IMG/VR virus record: IMGVR_UViG_3300034418_012856
Coordinates: 1 to 64,000 of that record
Length of the DNA stretch: 64,000 bases
Source: a virus
Strand: one strand, 5' to 3'
The position numbers and the translations under genes are program-made. Of this stretch, positions 28,017 to 37,975 are shown in pieces. Each line of letters begins with the position of its first letter. Position 1 is the stretch's first letter. The notes below the pieces were generated by a model. That model searched no databases, was not told where the DNA came from, and saw only the letters and a list, made by a program, of their open reading frames with translations.

Positions 28017-29645
28017 ATGGCCGGATTTAACGAAACACCAGAAGGGAACCCGATATTCCAAAGGATTAGAGAGTCTGTAAAGTCTCTCAGCAATTTTGGT
28101 ATGAGGTATGGTGATATGGTCATTAAAAATTCACAGGCCATTGGATCGATAGAAGCTGATTTTATGAAAAAGCAATCTATCGATGATGAGAGCTTGCTTT
28201 ATTCCCTCGGTAGACAAGACACGACCACAAGACAATTTATCAGCTACTATGATAAGGATTACGCAGGAAAGAGAGATTATCTTAGGAAGTTTGCTCTGAA
28301 TCCTGAGATAGAGTACATCTTGGATACTGTCTGTGACGAAGCGATAACTTTTGATTCATACAACTTCTTTGCATATCCAGCATTTTTAAATCTTACCGAT
28401 GTAAAGGATAAGATAAAAAACCGTCTGGACGAGAATTATAAGAATTTGTATGACATGTTCGGCTTCGGCGATGATATCAGCGGGTGGCAATACTTTAGAC
28501 AGCTAATGGTCGATGGCTTTCTTGCCTTTGAAATAGTTTATGATGACAAAGGTAAGAAGATTATTGGATTTAAGGAATTAGATGCAACTACTCTAATGCC
28601 ATCTGTTGAAAAGCAGCCTGATGGTACTTATTTGAGTGTTTGGTATCAATACCCAAAGGATATCAATAAGAGGAGGATGCTATATGACTCCCAGGTGATT
28701 TACATATCATTTGCTAAGGGAAACACAGTTTCTAGGATTAGCTATGTCGAAAGACTTATAAGGCCCTACAACATTCTTAGGATAATCGAGTACACTAGGG
28801 TAATATGGTCGGTTATGAACGCATCGTTCAGAATGAAAATGACTGTACCGATTGGATCGAGATCTCCACAGAAGTCTATGCAAACCTTGGGTGAGCTTAT
28901 GAGTATCTATAAGGAAGATATTAGGTTCAATGATGAGAGTGGGGAGTTAACAGTAGATGGCAGACCTAAGATACAGTTTTATAAGAATTATCTAATGCCT
29001 TCTGGTGTTAATGGAACACCAACGATAGAACCTATTAATAATGCTGGCCCAAACTTAAACGATCCCCAGCCTCTTGCTTATTTCTACGATAAGCTAGTTC
29101 AGGAATCTAAAATTCCTTTTTCTAGGTTCCAAGGTCCTGATGGTGGATCTATAGGAAACTATTCGAATGGTGCAGAAGGATTGGATAAAGAGGAAATAAG
29201 GTTTGGTAAGTTTATTAGTAGGCTTAGATCTATCTTCCAGGATCTTTTGGTTAAGCCACTTTGGATTCAAATGTGTAAGGATTTTCCGGAGTTGGAGAAG
29301 GATTACTTATTTAAGAGTCAACTGGGGTTGGAATATGTTTCTGATAATCCATTCAGGGTTAATCAAGAGATAGAAACCATGCTTAAAAAGAAAGAGCAAA
29401 TTGATGGTATGTATGCTCTTACCGATGATAGCGGTGAGCCTTTCTTTTCATTGGCTTATCTAATTGAGTCTCATTTGGGAATGACTGAAGATGATATAAA
29501 GGCAAATAAGGAAGCTATCAAGAAAAGGAAAGAGGAGGAAAAAAAGAAAGCTGACGAAGAGGCTAAATCTTCGGAGGAAGAACCCGCAGAGGAAGCTCCA
29601 GAAGAATCTCCGGAGGAAACCCCGGAAGAACCCCCACAAGAATAA
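28017..29645 (+). CDS. gp20: portal protein, paralog 1
   Basis: PEIEYILDTVCDEAI, FRQLMVDG, SYVERLIRPYNILRIIE, YKNYLMP, SKIPFSRF, EEIRFGKFISRLR. Confidence 0.88.
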   Translation: MAGFNETPEGNPIFQRIRESVKSLSNFGMRYGDMVIKNSQAIGSIEADFMKKQSIDDESLLYSLGRQDTTTRQFISYYDKDYAGKRDYLRKFALNPEIEYILDTVCDEAITFDSYNFFAYPAFLNLTDVKDKIKNRLDENYKNLYDMFGFGDDISGWQYFRQLMVDGFLAFEIVYDDKGKKIIGFKELDATTLMPSVEKQPDGTYLSVWYQYPKDINKRRMLYDSQVIYISFAKGNTVSRISYVERLIRPYNILRIIEYTRVIWSVMNASFRMKMTVPIGSRSPQKSMQTLGELMSIYKEDIRFNDESGELTVDGRPKIQFYKNYLMPSGVNGTPTIEPINNAGPNLNDPQPLAYFYDKLVQESKIPFSRFQGPDGGSIGNYSNGAEGLDKEEIRFGKFISRLRSIFQDLLVKPLWIQMCKDFPELEKDYLFKSQLGLEYVSDNPFRVNQEIETMLKKKEQIDGMYALTDDSGEPFFSLAYLIESHLGMTEDDIKANKEAIKKRKEEEKKKADEEAKSSEEEPAEEAPEESPEETPEEPPQE

Positions 29646-29654
29646 TAATATAGA

Positions 29655-31259
29655 ATGGCAGGTTTTTTAGATTATGTAGCAGAAAGATCCTTCTTGGGTA
29701 ACCTGTATAAGAATTTATCCAAGGTTGGAAGGTTTGGAATGGAATACGAAGATATGGTAATTCGTAATTCCCAAGCTGTTGGTGCTACTGAATCTAACTT
29801 TTTCAACGAACAGGGAAGTGGATTTACTGAAAACAACGCATTTTATTGGACCCTTGGATATCAAGATACGAAGGTTAGAAAATATATTGCCTACTTCGAC
29901 AAGGACTACATGGGTAAAAGAGACTTCCTTAGGAAATTCTCTTTGAATGGCGAAATTGATTTTATCCTGGATACACTTACTGATGATGCTATCAATTACG
30001 ATGACAAAAATTTCTTTAGTTATCCGTCTTTAGCTAACATTGATCTAAAGCCTAATGTGCTTGATAAGGTAAACGAGACATATCAGAATTTGTATATGCT
30101 GTTTGGCTTTCAGCAAAGCATATTAGCTTGGCAATATTTTAAGCAGTTTTTGATTGATGGGTTTTTGGCTTTTGAGATTGTTTATTCTACTGATGGCAAG
30201 AAAATAGTTGGATTTAAAGAATTAGATCCAACCTCCCTTCAACCCGCTACAGAACAGCAGCCAAATGGTGAATTCCAACAGATTTGGATACAATACCCAG
30301 AGGATAATAAAATGACAAGGAAGCTCAGAAGTGAGCAGATCATTTATCTTTCGTATGCTAAAGGAAATACAATTTCTAGGGTAAGCTATGTGGAGAGACT
30401 TATAAGGTCTTATAACATTCTAAGAATCATGGAAAACACCAGGGTTATTTGGAATGTGATGAATGCTTCTTACAGACTTAAGTTTGTAATCCCTGTTGGT
30501 TCACAGTCTCAGCAAAAAGCGATGCAAACCCTTGGACAGCTAATGTCTATCTATAAAGAGGAAATGGAAATTAATGATTCCTCGGGTGAACTAACAGTAA
30601 ACGGTAGACCTAAGGTTCAGTTTTATAAGAATTATCTTTTCCCTGAGAAAGATGGACAATCCCCACAGATTGAAACCCTTGATCCCAATGGACCAGATTT
30701 CAATGTTATGGATAATGTTATTTACTTCTATAACAAGCTTAAACTGGATTCGAAAATACCTTATGCAAGGTTTGCTTTCCGAAATGGTACCCCGGCTAAC
30801 TATCAAATAAGTATAGATCAGCTAGAAAGGGATGAAATTAGGTTTGAGAAATTCTTAACAAGACTAAGATCGATCTTCCAAGAAATATTGGTCAAACCTC
30901 TTTACATACAAATGTGTTTGGACTTCCCAGAATTAGCTAAGGATAGATCATTCAAAGCAAATCTGGGCCTAAGTTATGTAAGAGAAAACCTTTTCGAGGA
31001 GTTTATTCAATTGCAAAACTATACAAAACGCACCCAGTTTATAAATGACCTTGGTGAAATGAAGCAAAAGATTGGCGAGGAAGAGGAATCTTATTTTGAC
31101 AAAGAATTCCTGATTAAAAGGTATCTCGGTTTAACTATGGACGAATATAAGAAGAACGAGAAATATAAGGAAGCTGAAGCTAAGCTTGCTGAGGAAAAAG
31201 CTAAGGAAGCCGGATCTGAGGGCGGAGAGGAAGGCGGAGGCGAGTCATTCACCCTATAA
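29655..31259 (+). CDS. gp20: portal protein, paralog 2
   Basis: Same motifs: EIDFILD, FKQFLIDG, SYVERLIRSYNILRIME, YKNYLFP, SKIPYARF, DEIRFEKFLTRLR. Confidence 0.88.
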   Translation: MAGFLDYVAERSFLGNLYKNLSKVGRFGMEYEDMVIRNSQAVGATESNFFNEQGSGFTENNAFYWTLGYQDTKVRKYIAYFDKDYMGKRDFLRKFSLNGEIDFILDTLTDDAINYDDKNFFSYPSLANIDLKPNVLDKVNETYQNLYMLFGFQQSILAWQYFKQFLIDGFLAFEIVYSTDGKKIVGFKELDPTSLQPATEQQPNGEFQQIWIQYPEDNKMTRKLRSEQIIYLSYAKGNTISRVSYVERLIRSYNILRIMENTRVIWNVMNASYRLKFVIPVGSQSQQKAMQTLGQLMSIYKEEMEINDSSGELTVNGRPKVQFYKNYLFPEKDGQSPQIETLDPNGPDFNVMDNVIYFYNKLKLDSKIPYARFAFRNGTPANYQISIDQLERDEIRFEKFLTRLRSIFQEILVKPLYIQMCLDFPELAKDRSFKANLGLSYVRENLFEEFIQLQNYTKRTQFINDLGEMKQKIGEEEESYFDKEFLIKRYLGLTMDEYKKNEKYKEAEAKLAEEKAKEAGSEGGEEGGGESFTL

Positions 31260-31269
31260 TTTTATATAA

Positions 31270-32277
31270 ATGGATCTAAAGGATCTCCTGTCTTCAAAGA
31301 AAATTCTGGTAGTTGGTGATGTTATATTAGACCATTACATCTATGGTAAGGTTTATCGGGTTTCTCCGGAAGCACCAGTACCTGTAGTGCTAAAATCAAA
31401 TTCAACATATTGTTTGGGTGGATCAGCAAATGTCGCCCAAAACGTTTCTTCTTTCGGGTCTGAATGCTGGCTTCTAGGTGTTTATGGTAATGACCAGGGA
31501 TCTGTAGAGATCGACAATCTTCTCGGTGAGAAGAATATACACTCGCTTATGATAACCGATATCTCTAGACCAACCGTAGAAAAAACCAGGGTTATTGGGA
31601 ATAGTCATCAGATTGTTAGAATAGATTCCGAGACAAGTGACCCGTTGACATCTGATATCCAGGATGAGGTATTGGAATCTTTTAACAACATTATACACCA
31701 GATGGACGGTGTTATTATACAAGACTATGGAAAGGGAATGCTTAGTGGGGAGCTTATAAGTAAGATAACTGATATCTGCACCGAGCTGGAAATCCCTACT
31801 CTGACTGATCCTAAGGATAGAGATTTTTCCAAATATATTGGATCTACCTGGATAAAACCAAATCTTAGTGAGTTTAAGTCATCTCTTAATATTCCACAGC
31901 CTGAAGCAATTGACTTAAAACGTACCACGAAACTCATGGATTCTTTGATGGACTCTTTTGGTTTTAGAGGAGTTTTGCTTACCCTTTCCGAGGATGGTAT
32001 GATGTTAAAGACGAATTCAGATTTTGAACAGGTCGATGGAATCCAAATAGAGGTAACTGACGTTTCTGGAGCGGGTGATACAGTTAGTGCTGTTTTCATG
32101 CTTCTGCTAACAAATAACGTCTCTTATCTCGATTGCTTGAGAATATCAAATCTTGCTGGTTCCCTGGTTTGTCAAGTATCCGGAGCAGTACCGGTAGATT
32201 CCAATAACCTTTATATGACACTTCTTAAAAATTCTTGGGTTATCACAAGCCTTTCTGGAGAGCCCATTTTGATTTAG
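31270..32277 (+). CDS. rfaE: D-glycero-D-manno-heptose-7-phosphate kinase (RfaE/HldE kinase domain, PfkB family)
   Basis: VVGDVILDHY..RVSPEAPVPV, GGSANVA, KTRV, QIVRID, DYGKG, DPK, PNLSE, DVSGAGDTV. Confidence 0.9.
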   Translation: MDLKDLLSSKKILVVGDVILDHYIYGKVYRVSPEAPVPVVLKSNSTYCLGGSANVAQNVSSFGSECWLLGVYGNDQGSVEIDNLLGEKNIHSLMITDISRPTVEKTRVIGNSHQIVRIDSETSDPLTSDIQDEVLESFNNIIHQMDGVIIQDYGKGMLSGELISKITDICTELEIPTLTDPKDRDFSKYIGSTWIKPNLSEFKSSLNIPQPEAIDLKRTTKLMDSLMDSFGFRGVLLTLSEDGMMLKTNSDFEQVDGIQIEVTDVSGAGDTVSAVFMLLLTNNVSYLDCLRISNLAGSLVCQVSGAVPVDSNNLYMTLLKNSWVITSLSGEPILI

Positions 32278-32305
32278 ATCATTTTTTTAGTACGTTTTGG
32301 TTTCT

Positions 32306-32313
32306 TAGATTTG
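32306..32313 (+). promoter_or_regulatory. Bacteroidota-type -7 element TAnnTTTG (TAGATTTG)
   Basis: Intergenic, upstream of DNA ligase. Confidence 0.5.
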
Positions 32314-32330
32314 TATTATAATAAAAGCAT

Positions 32331-33677
32331 ATGAAGAAGGAACTGGAGATATTTATGGAGATAGAAAGCCTTTCTGGTAATGGATCTCAGAAGGTAAAGC
32401 AAACACTCATTTCAGAGAATTTGTCTAATGAAATGGAATACCTTTTGGATGTTTGCTTCAATCCATTTATTACAACAAAGCTCCACAAGCTGAATCTTAA
32501 TACACATACTCCTGGAAGAAAATACCAGAGAGACCCTGAGGAGTTTTGGAACACATTTAAAACCTTGGTGGAAGAGCTTAAAGCTGCACCTGCTGCAAAT
32601 GATTCCCTTAGACAAAGGGCTGAGGATCTTCTTGAACACACTTTTGATCCCGACAGCGATGTTGATCTGGGTATAAGGAAGATGCTCATGAAAGTCCTAA
32701 CTAAAAGGATGAATATCGGGCTAGGTGCTAAGTTGATCAATAAAGCAGTTGGGTCTGAGATTATCCCGGATCCGTCTTTAATGCTTGCAACTGATAAGCA
32801 GGAGGAGATTGAAACCTGGGACAAAATCTATTGTGAAGAGAAGTATGACGGTGTTAGGGTTATAGCTATGATGAATCCTGACAGGTCATTCTCTTTTTAT
32901 ACACGTGCATTCAATGAGCTAGACTCTTCCAAATTAAGCAAGATTGCGAAGGACCTTTCCACAATCTCAGATAAGGCTGGTCACACTAATGTATTTTATG
33001 ATGGTGAGCTAACAGATTTCGATAGAAAGTCAGTTTCTGGAAAGGTAACTCAGATTTTAAAAGGAACAGCCCCTGATAATATAGATGACAATTTCCTTTT
33101 TAATGTGTTTGACTTGGAGGACAATGCAACACTTGAAAAAGGCAAGGGCTCTGTACTGTATACAGAGAGAAGAAGGTCTCTTGCAGAGACGTTGAACTTT
33201 CTACCTGAGGATTCCAACATTAGGCTCGGTCAGATGTGGGAGGTAGATTCTATGGAGGATACCCTGATAATCTATAAGGATATCGTTTCTAAAGGTGGTG
33301 AGGGGGTTATTTGCAAGAATGATCATTTGTATGAGTGCAAAAGAAGCAAAAGCTGGATTAAGCTTAAAGAAGTAAATGATTGCGACTTAGAGGTAGTTGG
33401 ATGGTATCCAGGAGAGGGTAAAAGAGAGGGATTCATAGGAGGACTTATTTGTACTGACCAATCAAAAACACTAAACGTAAAAATTGGTGCAGGATTTACC
33501 GATCTCGATCTTGAGACATTGAGTCAAAATCCAGATGATTTGATCGGTAGAATTGCTGCTGTTCAATACAATGTGCCTATCACGGATAAGCATCAAAATC
33601 GAAGCTTATTCCTGCCAAGATTTATTGAGATTAGAACTGATAAGATGTTCCCCGACGACCTCTCTAACTTGTTCTAA
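32331..33677 (+). CDS. gp30: ATP-dependent DNA ligase
   Basis: EEKYDGVR (KxDG), YDGEL, FNVFD, EGVICK, KRSKSWIKLK, SLFLPRF..IRTDK. Confidence 0.95.
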   Translation: MKKELEIFMEIESLSGNGSQKVKQTLISENLSNEMEYLLDVCFNPFITTKLHKLNLNTHTPGRKYQRDPEEFWNTFKTLVEELKAAPAANDSLRQRAEDLLEHTFDPDSDVDLGIRKMLMKVLTKRMNIGLGAKLINKAVGSEIIPDPSLMLATDKQEEIETWDKIYCEEKYDGVRVIAMMNPDRSFSFYTRAFNELDSSKLSKIAKDLSTISDKAGHTNVFYDGELTDFDRKSVSGKVTQILKGTAPDNIDDNFLFNVFDLEDNATLEKGKGSVLYTERRRSLAETLNFLPEDSNIRLGQMWEVDSMEDTLIIYKDIVSKGGEGVICKNDHLYECKRSKSWIKLKEVNDCDLEVVGWYPGEGKREGFIGGLICTDQSKTLNVKIGAGFTDLDLETLSQNPDDLIGRIAAVQYNVPITDKHQNRSLFLPRFIEIRTDKMFPDDLSNLF

Positions 33678-33681
33678 ATGG

Positions 33682-33709
33682 GAAACTTAAGGCTCTTTTT
33701 TCTGTACAA
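33682..33709 (+). promoter_or_regulatory. putative ECF-type phage promoter GAAACT-N16-GTACAA
   Basis: Upstream of the clamp loader operon. Confidence 0.5.
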
Positions 33710-33726
33710 GAATAAAGAGCTTTTTT

Positions 33727-34674
33727 ATGATAGACCAACTCCTCACAGAGAAGTTAAGACCCAAACAAATCAAGCATATGATCCTTCCAGACAGGATCAG
33801 AAAATTGTTCGACGAAAAGGGGCTTAACCATAATGTTTTATTAGCAGGATCTCCTGGGTGTGGAAAGACAACTTTAGCAAAGATTCTTTCCAACGATCTC
33901 CCACACATTTTTATAAATGTATCTGACGAGAGCTCCGTTGATACCATCAGGACCAAGATAAATGAATTCTGTTCTACCATGAGTATCATGGATGGGAAGT
34001 CATCTAAAAAAGTGGTTGTACTGGATGAGTTTGATGGTGCTTCTGATCAATTCTATAAGGCATTAAGGGGAACAATCGAAAAGTTTGCTTCCAATACTAG
34101 GTTTATTGCAACCTGTAATTGGCTGAATAAAGTACCAGAAGCTATTCAAAGTAGGTTTGAGGTTATCAATTTCGATCCGATAAATCAAGCAGAGGAGGAG
34201 TTTTTACGAAATGAATGGAGAAGTAGGATCAAGCTAATTCTTGGGAAGTTGAGCATCTCTATTGACGATGCATCTCTTGATGAGTTTGAGAAGGAGTACT
34301 TCCCAGATCTTAGATCTTCCCTAAACCGAATCCAATCCTGGGTTATCGAAGGAGTTCAAACAATTGATATTTCTAGGGTAAGGGATTCTGGCTGGTCATA
34401 TGATGATCTCTACAATATGATCTTTTCTTCTAAGGATCCGATTGGTAATTACCAGGTGATAGTTGGTCAATATTCATCTAAGGTCGATGATGTTATGGCT
34501 GCTTTAGGTGAGGAGTTTATACAATGGATCATGAAGAATAAATCTACGTACGCTAAGATTATTCCAGCAGTAGTAGTTGAGGTTGCTCATCACCAGGCAC
34601 AGAGACAACTGGTTATTGATCCAGTAGTGAGTTTGTTGTCTCTGATTTTTAAGATACAAAAACTAGTAGACTGA
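33727..34674 (+). CDS. gp44: clamp loader ATPase subunit (gp44/RFC small-like)
   Basis: TEKLRP, GSPGCGKTT, VVLDEFDG, FIATCN, AIQSRF, PDLR. Confidence 0.92.
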   Translation: MIDQLLTEKLRPKQIKHMILPDRIRKLFDEKGLNHNVLLAGSPGCGKTTLAKILSNDLPHIFINVSDESSVDTIRTKINEFCSTMSIMDGKSSKKVVVLDEFDGASDQFYKALRGTIEKFASNTRFIATCNWLNKVPEAIQSRFEVINFDPINQAEEEFLRNEWRSRIKLILGKLSISIDDASLDEFEKEYFPDLRSSLNRIQSWVIEGVQTIDISRVRDSGWSYDDLYNMIFSSKDPIGNYQVIVGQYSSKVDDVMAALGEEFIQWIMKNKSTYAKIIPAVVVEVAHHQAQRQLVIDPVVSLLSLIFKIQKLVD

Positions 34675-34964
34675 TGGATTTATTACCTGAAGAAATAAGA
34701 AAGAACACTTACCTCTATAAATTTTATAAAAGAGGTGAAAGAGCAATGATGTATGAACAAATAGAGCCAAGCACTGGACAAACAGTAGGGTTTGAGATAT
34801 TTAAGAGAAAGATAGACAAACCAAAGGTAGTATTTGGTATCCAATTGAATGAGAGAGAAATCTTTCCAGGAAACGAGGATTTTGGTAAATGGGCATGGTC
34901 CATTACTGATGAGGGAAGAGCTCTAGAAAGATTTAACCTAATTGAGAGTCAAACCGATGAATAA
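34674..34964 (+). CDS. hypothetical protein
   Basis: Coupled ORF; EIFPGNEDFGKWAWS. Confidence 0.65.
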   Translation: MDLLPEEIRKNTYLYKFYKRGERAMMYEQIEPSTGQTVGFEIFKRKIDKPKVVFGIQLNEREIFPGNEDFGKWAWSITDEGRALERFNLIESQTDE

Positions 34965-35301
34965 GCAGGGACTAGTATTTTTCTTAATTATAGCCCTTGC
35001 ACAATCCGGTGCATGGTTCCAGCAGTTTTCCCAAGTGAGATGGGAATGGTTTAAAAACAACAACTGGTTTAATATTGGTATCCTTGGAATTCTCCTTTCT
35101 ATACTTTTTGTGTATGGTGCAAGAATTGGGTACACTGCCTGGGAAAGTGTTTGGAAAGTTCGATTGATACAATTTTCGATTGGAGCATTTGTCGTATCCT
35201 TTTGGAGTTGGATAATACTAGGAGAGGGTGTGAATTTAAAGACTTTTGTTTGTTTGATCCTAGCATTGATGATTATCCTTATTCAGGTTTTTTGGAAATA
35301 G
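34957..35301 (+). CDS. small 4-TM membrane protein (DMT/SMR-like)
   Basis: Four hydrophobic segments, LGEGVNLK turn; ATG 34957 overlaps the upstream stop region. Confidence 0.6.
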   Translation: MNKQGLVFFLIIALAQSGAWFQQFSQVRWEWFKNNNWFNIGILGILLSILFVYGARIGYTAWESVWKVRLIQFSIGAFVVSFWSWIILGEGVNLKTFVCLILALMIILIQVFWK

Positions 35302-35304
35302 AAT

Positions 35305-35826
35305 ATGAAAAGGCTTATTATAGTAGGTAAAGGTGGTTCAGGTAAAGATCATCTTAGGAAAAAACTAGAAGACAGAGGATTTAAATATTGTGTATCTCAC
35401 ACAAGCAGGCCACCGCGCCACGGAGAAATTGACGGGAAGGATTATCACTTTATATCCCTGGATACTGCAATCCATGAATTTATTGAAACCAATAGATTCT
35501 ATGAGCATGTTATTTTCAATGGCTGGGTTTACGGTACTTCTCTTGACGAATTTAACTCGAGTAATCTTTTTATTATGACACCCTCTGGTTTGTCTTCTAT
35601 GAAACCCAGAGATAGGGAAGAGTCTTTTGTGGTTTATTTGGATATAGCCGAGGATGTAAGAAGGTCTCGATTATCTAAAAGAAACGATGCTGATAAGCTT
35701 GAAAGAAGGCTTCAAGCAGACTATGATGACTTTAAGAACTTTTTTGATTATGACGAGAGGATTACTGATCCTTTATTTGACAGTGTAGGTGATTGGGGAA
35801 ATTTAAAATTTTATAGCAATGATTAA
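35305..35826 (+). CDS. gmk: guanylate kinase
   Basis: GKGGSGKD, SHTSRPPRHGEIDGKDYHF, WVYGT. Confidence 0.88.
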   Translation: MKRLIIVGKGGSGKDHLRKKLEDRGFKYCVSHTSRPPRHGEIDGKDYHFISLDTAIHEFIETNRFYEHVIFNGWVYGTSLDEFNSSNLFIMTPSGLSSMKPRDREESFVVYLDIAEDVRRSRLSKRNDADKLERRLQADYDDFKNFFDYDERITDPLFDSVGDWGNLKFYSND

Positions 35827-36955
35827 CGTACTTATTGACGGAAACTACATATTTCATAAAACATTTGGTGTTTTTGGTGGATATGGGAATAAAAACCCTG
35901 GCGATATCTTAGGAACCCAAAATGAGCAGTCAATGTTTATTAGAAAAATATCGACTGACCTAACATCATCCCTCAGATCTATTCCTATTGGGGGAAAGCT
36001 AGTTTTTACTGTTGACAGTAGAAGTTGGAGAAAGGATGTTGAAATTGAAGGTGGAGGTTATAAATCCAACAGGGTGAAGGACGAGGAAGTTGATTGGAGT
36101 GTTTTCTTTAACCTCCTTACTTCTTACGGGGAACACCTTGAAAAAATGGGATTTATATTTTCCAAAGTAAATGGAGCTGAAGGTGATGATTTGCTTTATT
36201 TCTGGGCTGATTACCTAAATACCAAGGGTGAAAATTGTATCATCATTTCGGGGGATAAGGATTTACATCAGCTGGCTAGATGGAAAAAAGATAATTGGAC
36301 CATAGTTTGGAACGCAAATTCTAAAAACAATATTCTCTCTGTGCCCGAAGGCTGGGAGGATAACTGGCTTAATAAAAACACAGAGGCAAGTGTATTTGAT
36401 ATGGGCAGTGTAATGGACCCAGATAAAGATAAGCTTAAGGAATTTATTAAGAAGGTTGAAGTAAATGAAATTAATCCTAGGGATTTCGTTTTCATTAAAA
36501 TGCTTGTTGGTGATAAGGGAGATGCTGTCCCAGGTATATGGGAGGTACAAGCAGGATCAAAAACCCAAAGAGTTACCCCCAAGAAAGCTGAGACTGTTAT
36601 GGAATCCTTGCAATCAACACAATGGGCTAAACTTCCCTTTGCTGAACTTATTGAAGACGACCAATTCCTGGAGTGGACTGCAGGCTATTGTATTAGACTT
36701 CTCAAGGATATAGACAGCAAGGATAATCGGGAAAAAGCTGCTGAGAATCTAAAAAGAAATTATAAACTCATGTGGTTGGACAAGACCGTAATCCCACAGG
36801 AGGTAATTCAAGGAACCGTAGAGGAATTAAAAAGAGGAATATCCTTGCCTAAAAAATCTATTACCCTTGATAGGGTGAAGATTCTTGAGGGAACAAGCTG
36901 GATAAGCTCACAAAATGCTCCTAGCCAATTTGACCCCTTTAAAAACTTTGGATAA
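35819..36955 (+). CDS. rnh: 5'-3' exonuclease / T4 RNase H-like
   Basis: LIDGN, SWRK, YKSNR, AEGDD, ISGDKDLHQL, LVGDKGDAVPG. Confidence 0.88.
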   Translation: MINVLIDGNYIFHKTFGVFGGYGNKNPGDILGTQNEQSMFIRKISTDLTSSLRSIPIGGKLVFTVDSRSWRKDVEIEGGGYKSNRVKDEEVDWSVFFNLLTSYGEHLEKMGFIFSKVNGAEGDDLLYFWADYLNTKGENCIIISGDKDLHQLARWKKDNWTIVWNANSKNNILSVPEGWEDNWLNKNTEASVFDMGSVMDPDKDKLKEFIKKVEVNEINPRDFVFIKMLVGDKGDAVPGIWEVQAGSKTQRVTPKKAETVMESLQSTQWAKLPFAELIEDDQFLEWTAGYCIRLLKDIDSKDNREKAAENLKRNYKLMWLDKTVIPQEVIQGTVEELKRGISLPKKSITLDRVKILEGTSWISSQNAPSQFDPFKNFG

Positions 36956-37380
36956 TGGAATTATTTGATGTAGTTAAAACAATTTTCAAGAAGGATAAAG
37001 ACTGGGATAAGGTTTCCAGGAACGATAAGGTTAGAAATTTCTTTATGATTAATCGGATAATGTCCATCCAATTTCCTATCCAGGCGGATCAGTTCAACCA
37101 CACAAAGATTTTACCAAGGCCTGTTGTGGATTGGTGGCACGACACGCTGAGCAAGCATTATACCAGAATGCCTGGTTGGATCTTCACCAAAACCAAAAAA
37201 TCCAAAAATAAGACAGCCCCAACCTCCGATATTGAGATCGATAAATCTATCGAGGAGTTTGTAGCAAACAAGTACGAGGTATCATTAAGAGACCTTTCTG
37301 ATCTGAAAAGATTCTATCCGGAAAAATATGAGAATTGGATGAGATCTATAGGGGAACAAGTCACTATGATGAAAAAGTGA
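36955..37380 (+). CDS. clamp loader small subunit-like (gp62-like)
   Basis: ELFDVV..., FFMINRIMS, ..W..K and YEVS segments resemble gp62; same operon as gp44. Confidence 0.5.
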   Translation: MELFDVVKTIFKKDKDWDKVSRNDKVRNFFMINRIMSIQFPIQADQFNHTKILPRPVVDWWHDTLSKHYTRMPGWIFTKTKKSKNKTAPTSDIEIDKSIEEFVANKYEVSLRDLSDLKRFYPEKYENWMRSIGEQVTMMKK

Positions 37381-37386
37381 TTGTGT

Positions 37387-37394
37387 GATATATA
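37387..37394 (+). promoter_or_regulatory. putative late promoter GATATATA
   Basis: Intergenic, upstream of 37419. Confidence 0.6.
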
Positions 37395-37418
37395 AGATGT
37401 TCCCTAATTAGATTTTTT

Positions 37419-37958
37419 ATGAGAAATGATTTCAGGAAATTAATAGAAAAGGTATTGTCTAGTTTAGATTGGGATACCATTTTTGAAATACACAAAGTTT
37501 TTAAATTCGGAGTTGGTGAGGGTAGCGAAGTAATTCCTGGACTGAAAAGAAAGATCTATAGCGAGGATCTTACTAAGAATGATGTTAAAAACGAACTCAA
37601 GTCCCTACTTAGATTTGTAATCAATAACGACGTTTCTAAATTTGGATATGGACCGTGGATGATTACCTGGTTTAATCAGGATTGGGATATTATTTTCAAC
37701 AATGAGTCTGAGGAGGATTTTGGTGATGACGAGTTGGATGATATTCAATTCGATTCAAGACTAGAGGTTGTTTATGCTCCACAGCGTATTTGTCTCACTG
37801 TTAATGCCGCTCCTGATGCTAAGGAAGAGATTTCTTCGGAGGAAAGTGTGCTAAATAAAATGCTCAAAAAAGCTCTTAAGTCCGAAAATTATGAACTTGC
37901 TGGAAAAATCCAGGAAATCTTAGATGAAAAGAAATCTAAGGAGAGTTCAGATAAATAG
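37419..37958 (+). CDS. hypothetical protein with C-terminal UVR (UvrB/C) motif
   Basis: LKKALKSENYELAGKIQEIL. Confidence 0.6.
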   Translation: MRNDFRKLIEKVLSSLDWDTIFEIHKVFKFGVGEGSEVIPGLKRKIYSEDLTKNDVKNELKSLLRFVINNDVSKFGYGPWMITWFNQDWDIIFNNESEEDFGDDELDDIQFDSRLEVVYAPQRICLTVNAAPDAKEEISSEESVLNKMLKKALKSENYELAGKIQEILDEKKSKESSDK

Positions 37959-37966
37959 TATAAATA
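37950..37966 (+). promoter_or_regulatory. late-promoter-like GATAAATA and TATAAATA
   Basis: GATAAATA at 37950 and canonical T4 late TATAAATA at 37959, upstream of 37976. Confidence 0.5.
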
Positions 37967-37975
37967 AATTTATCC

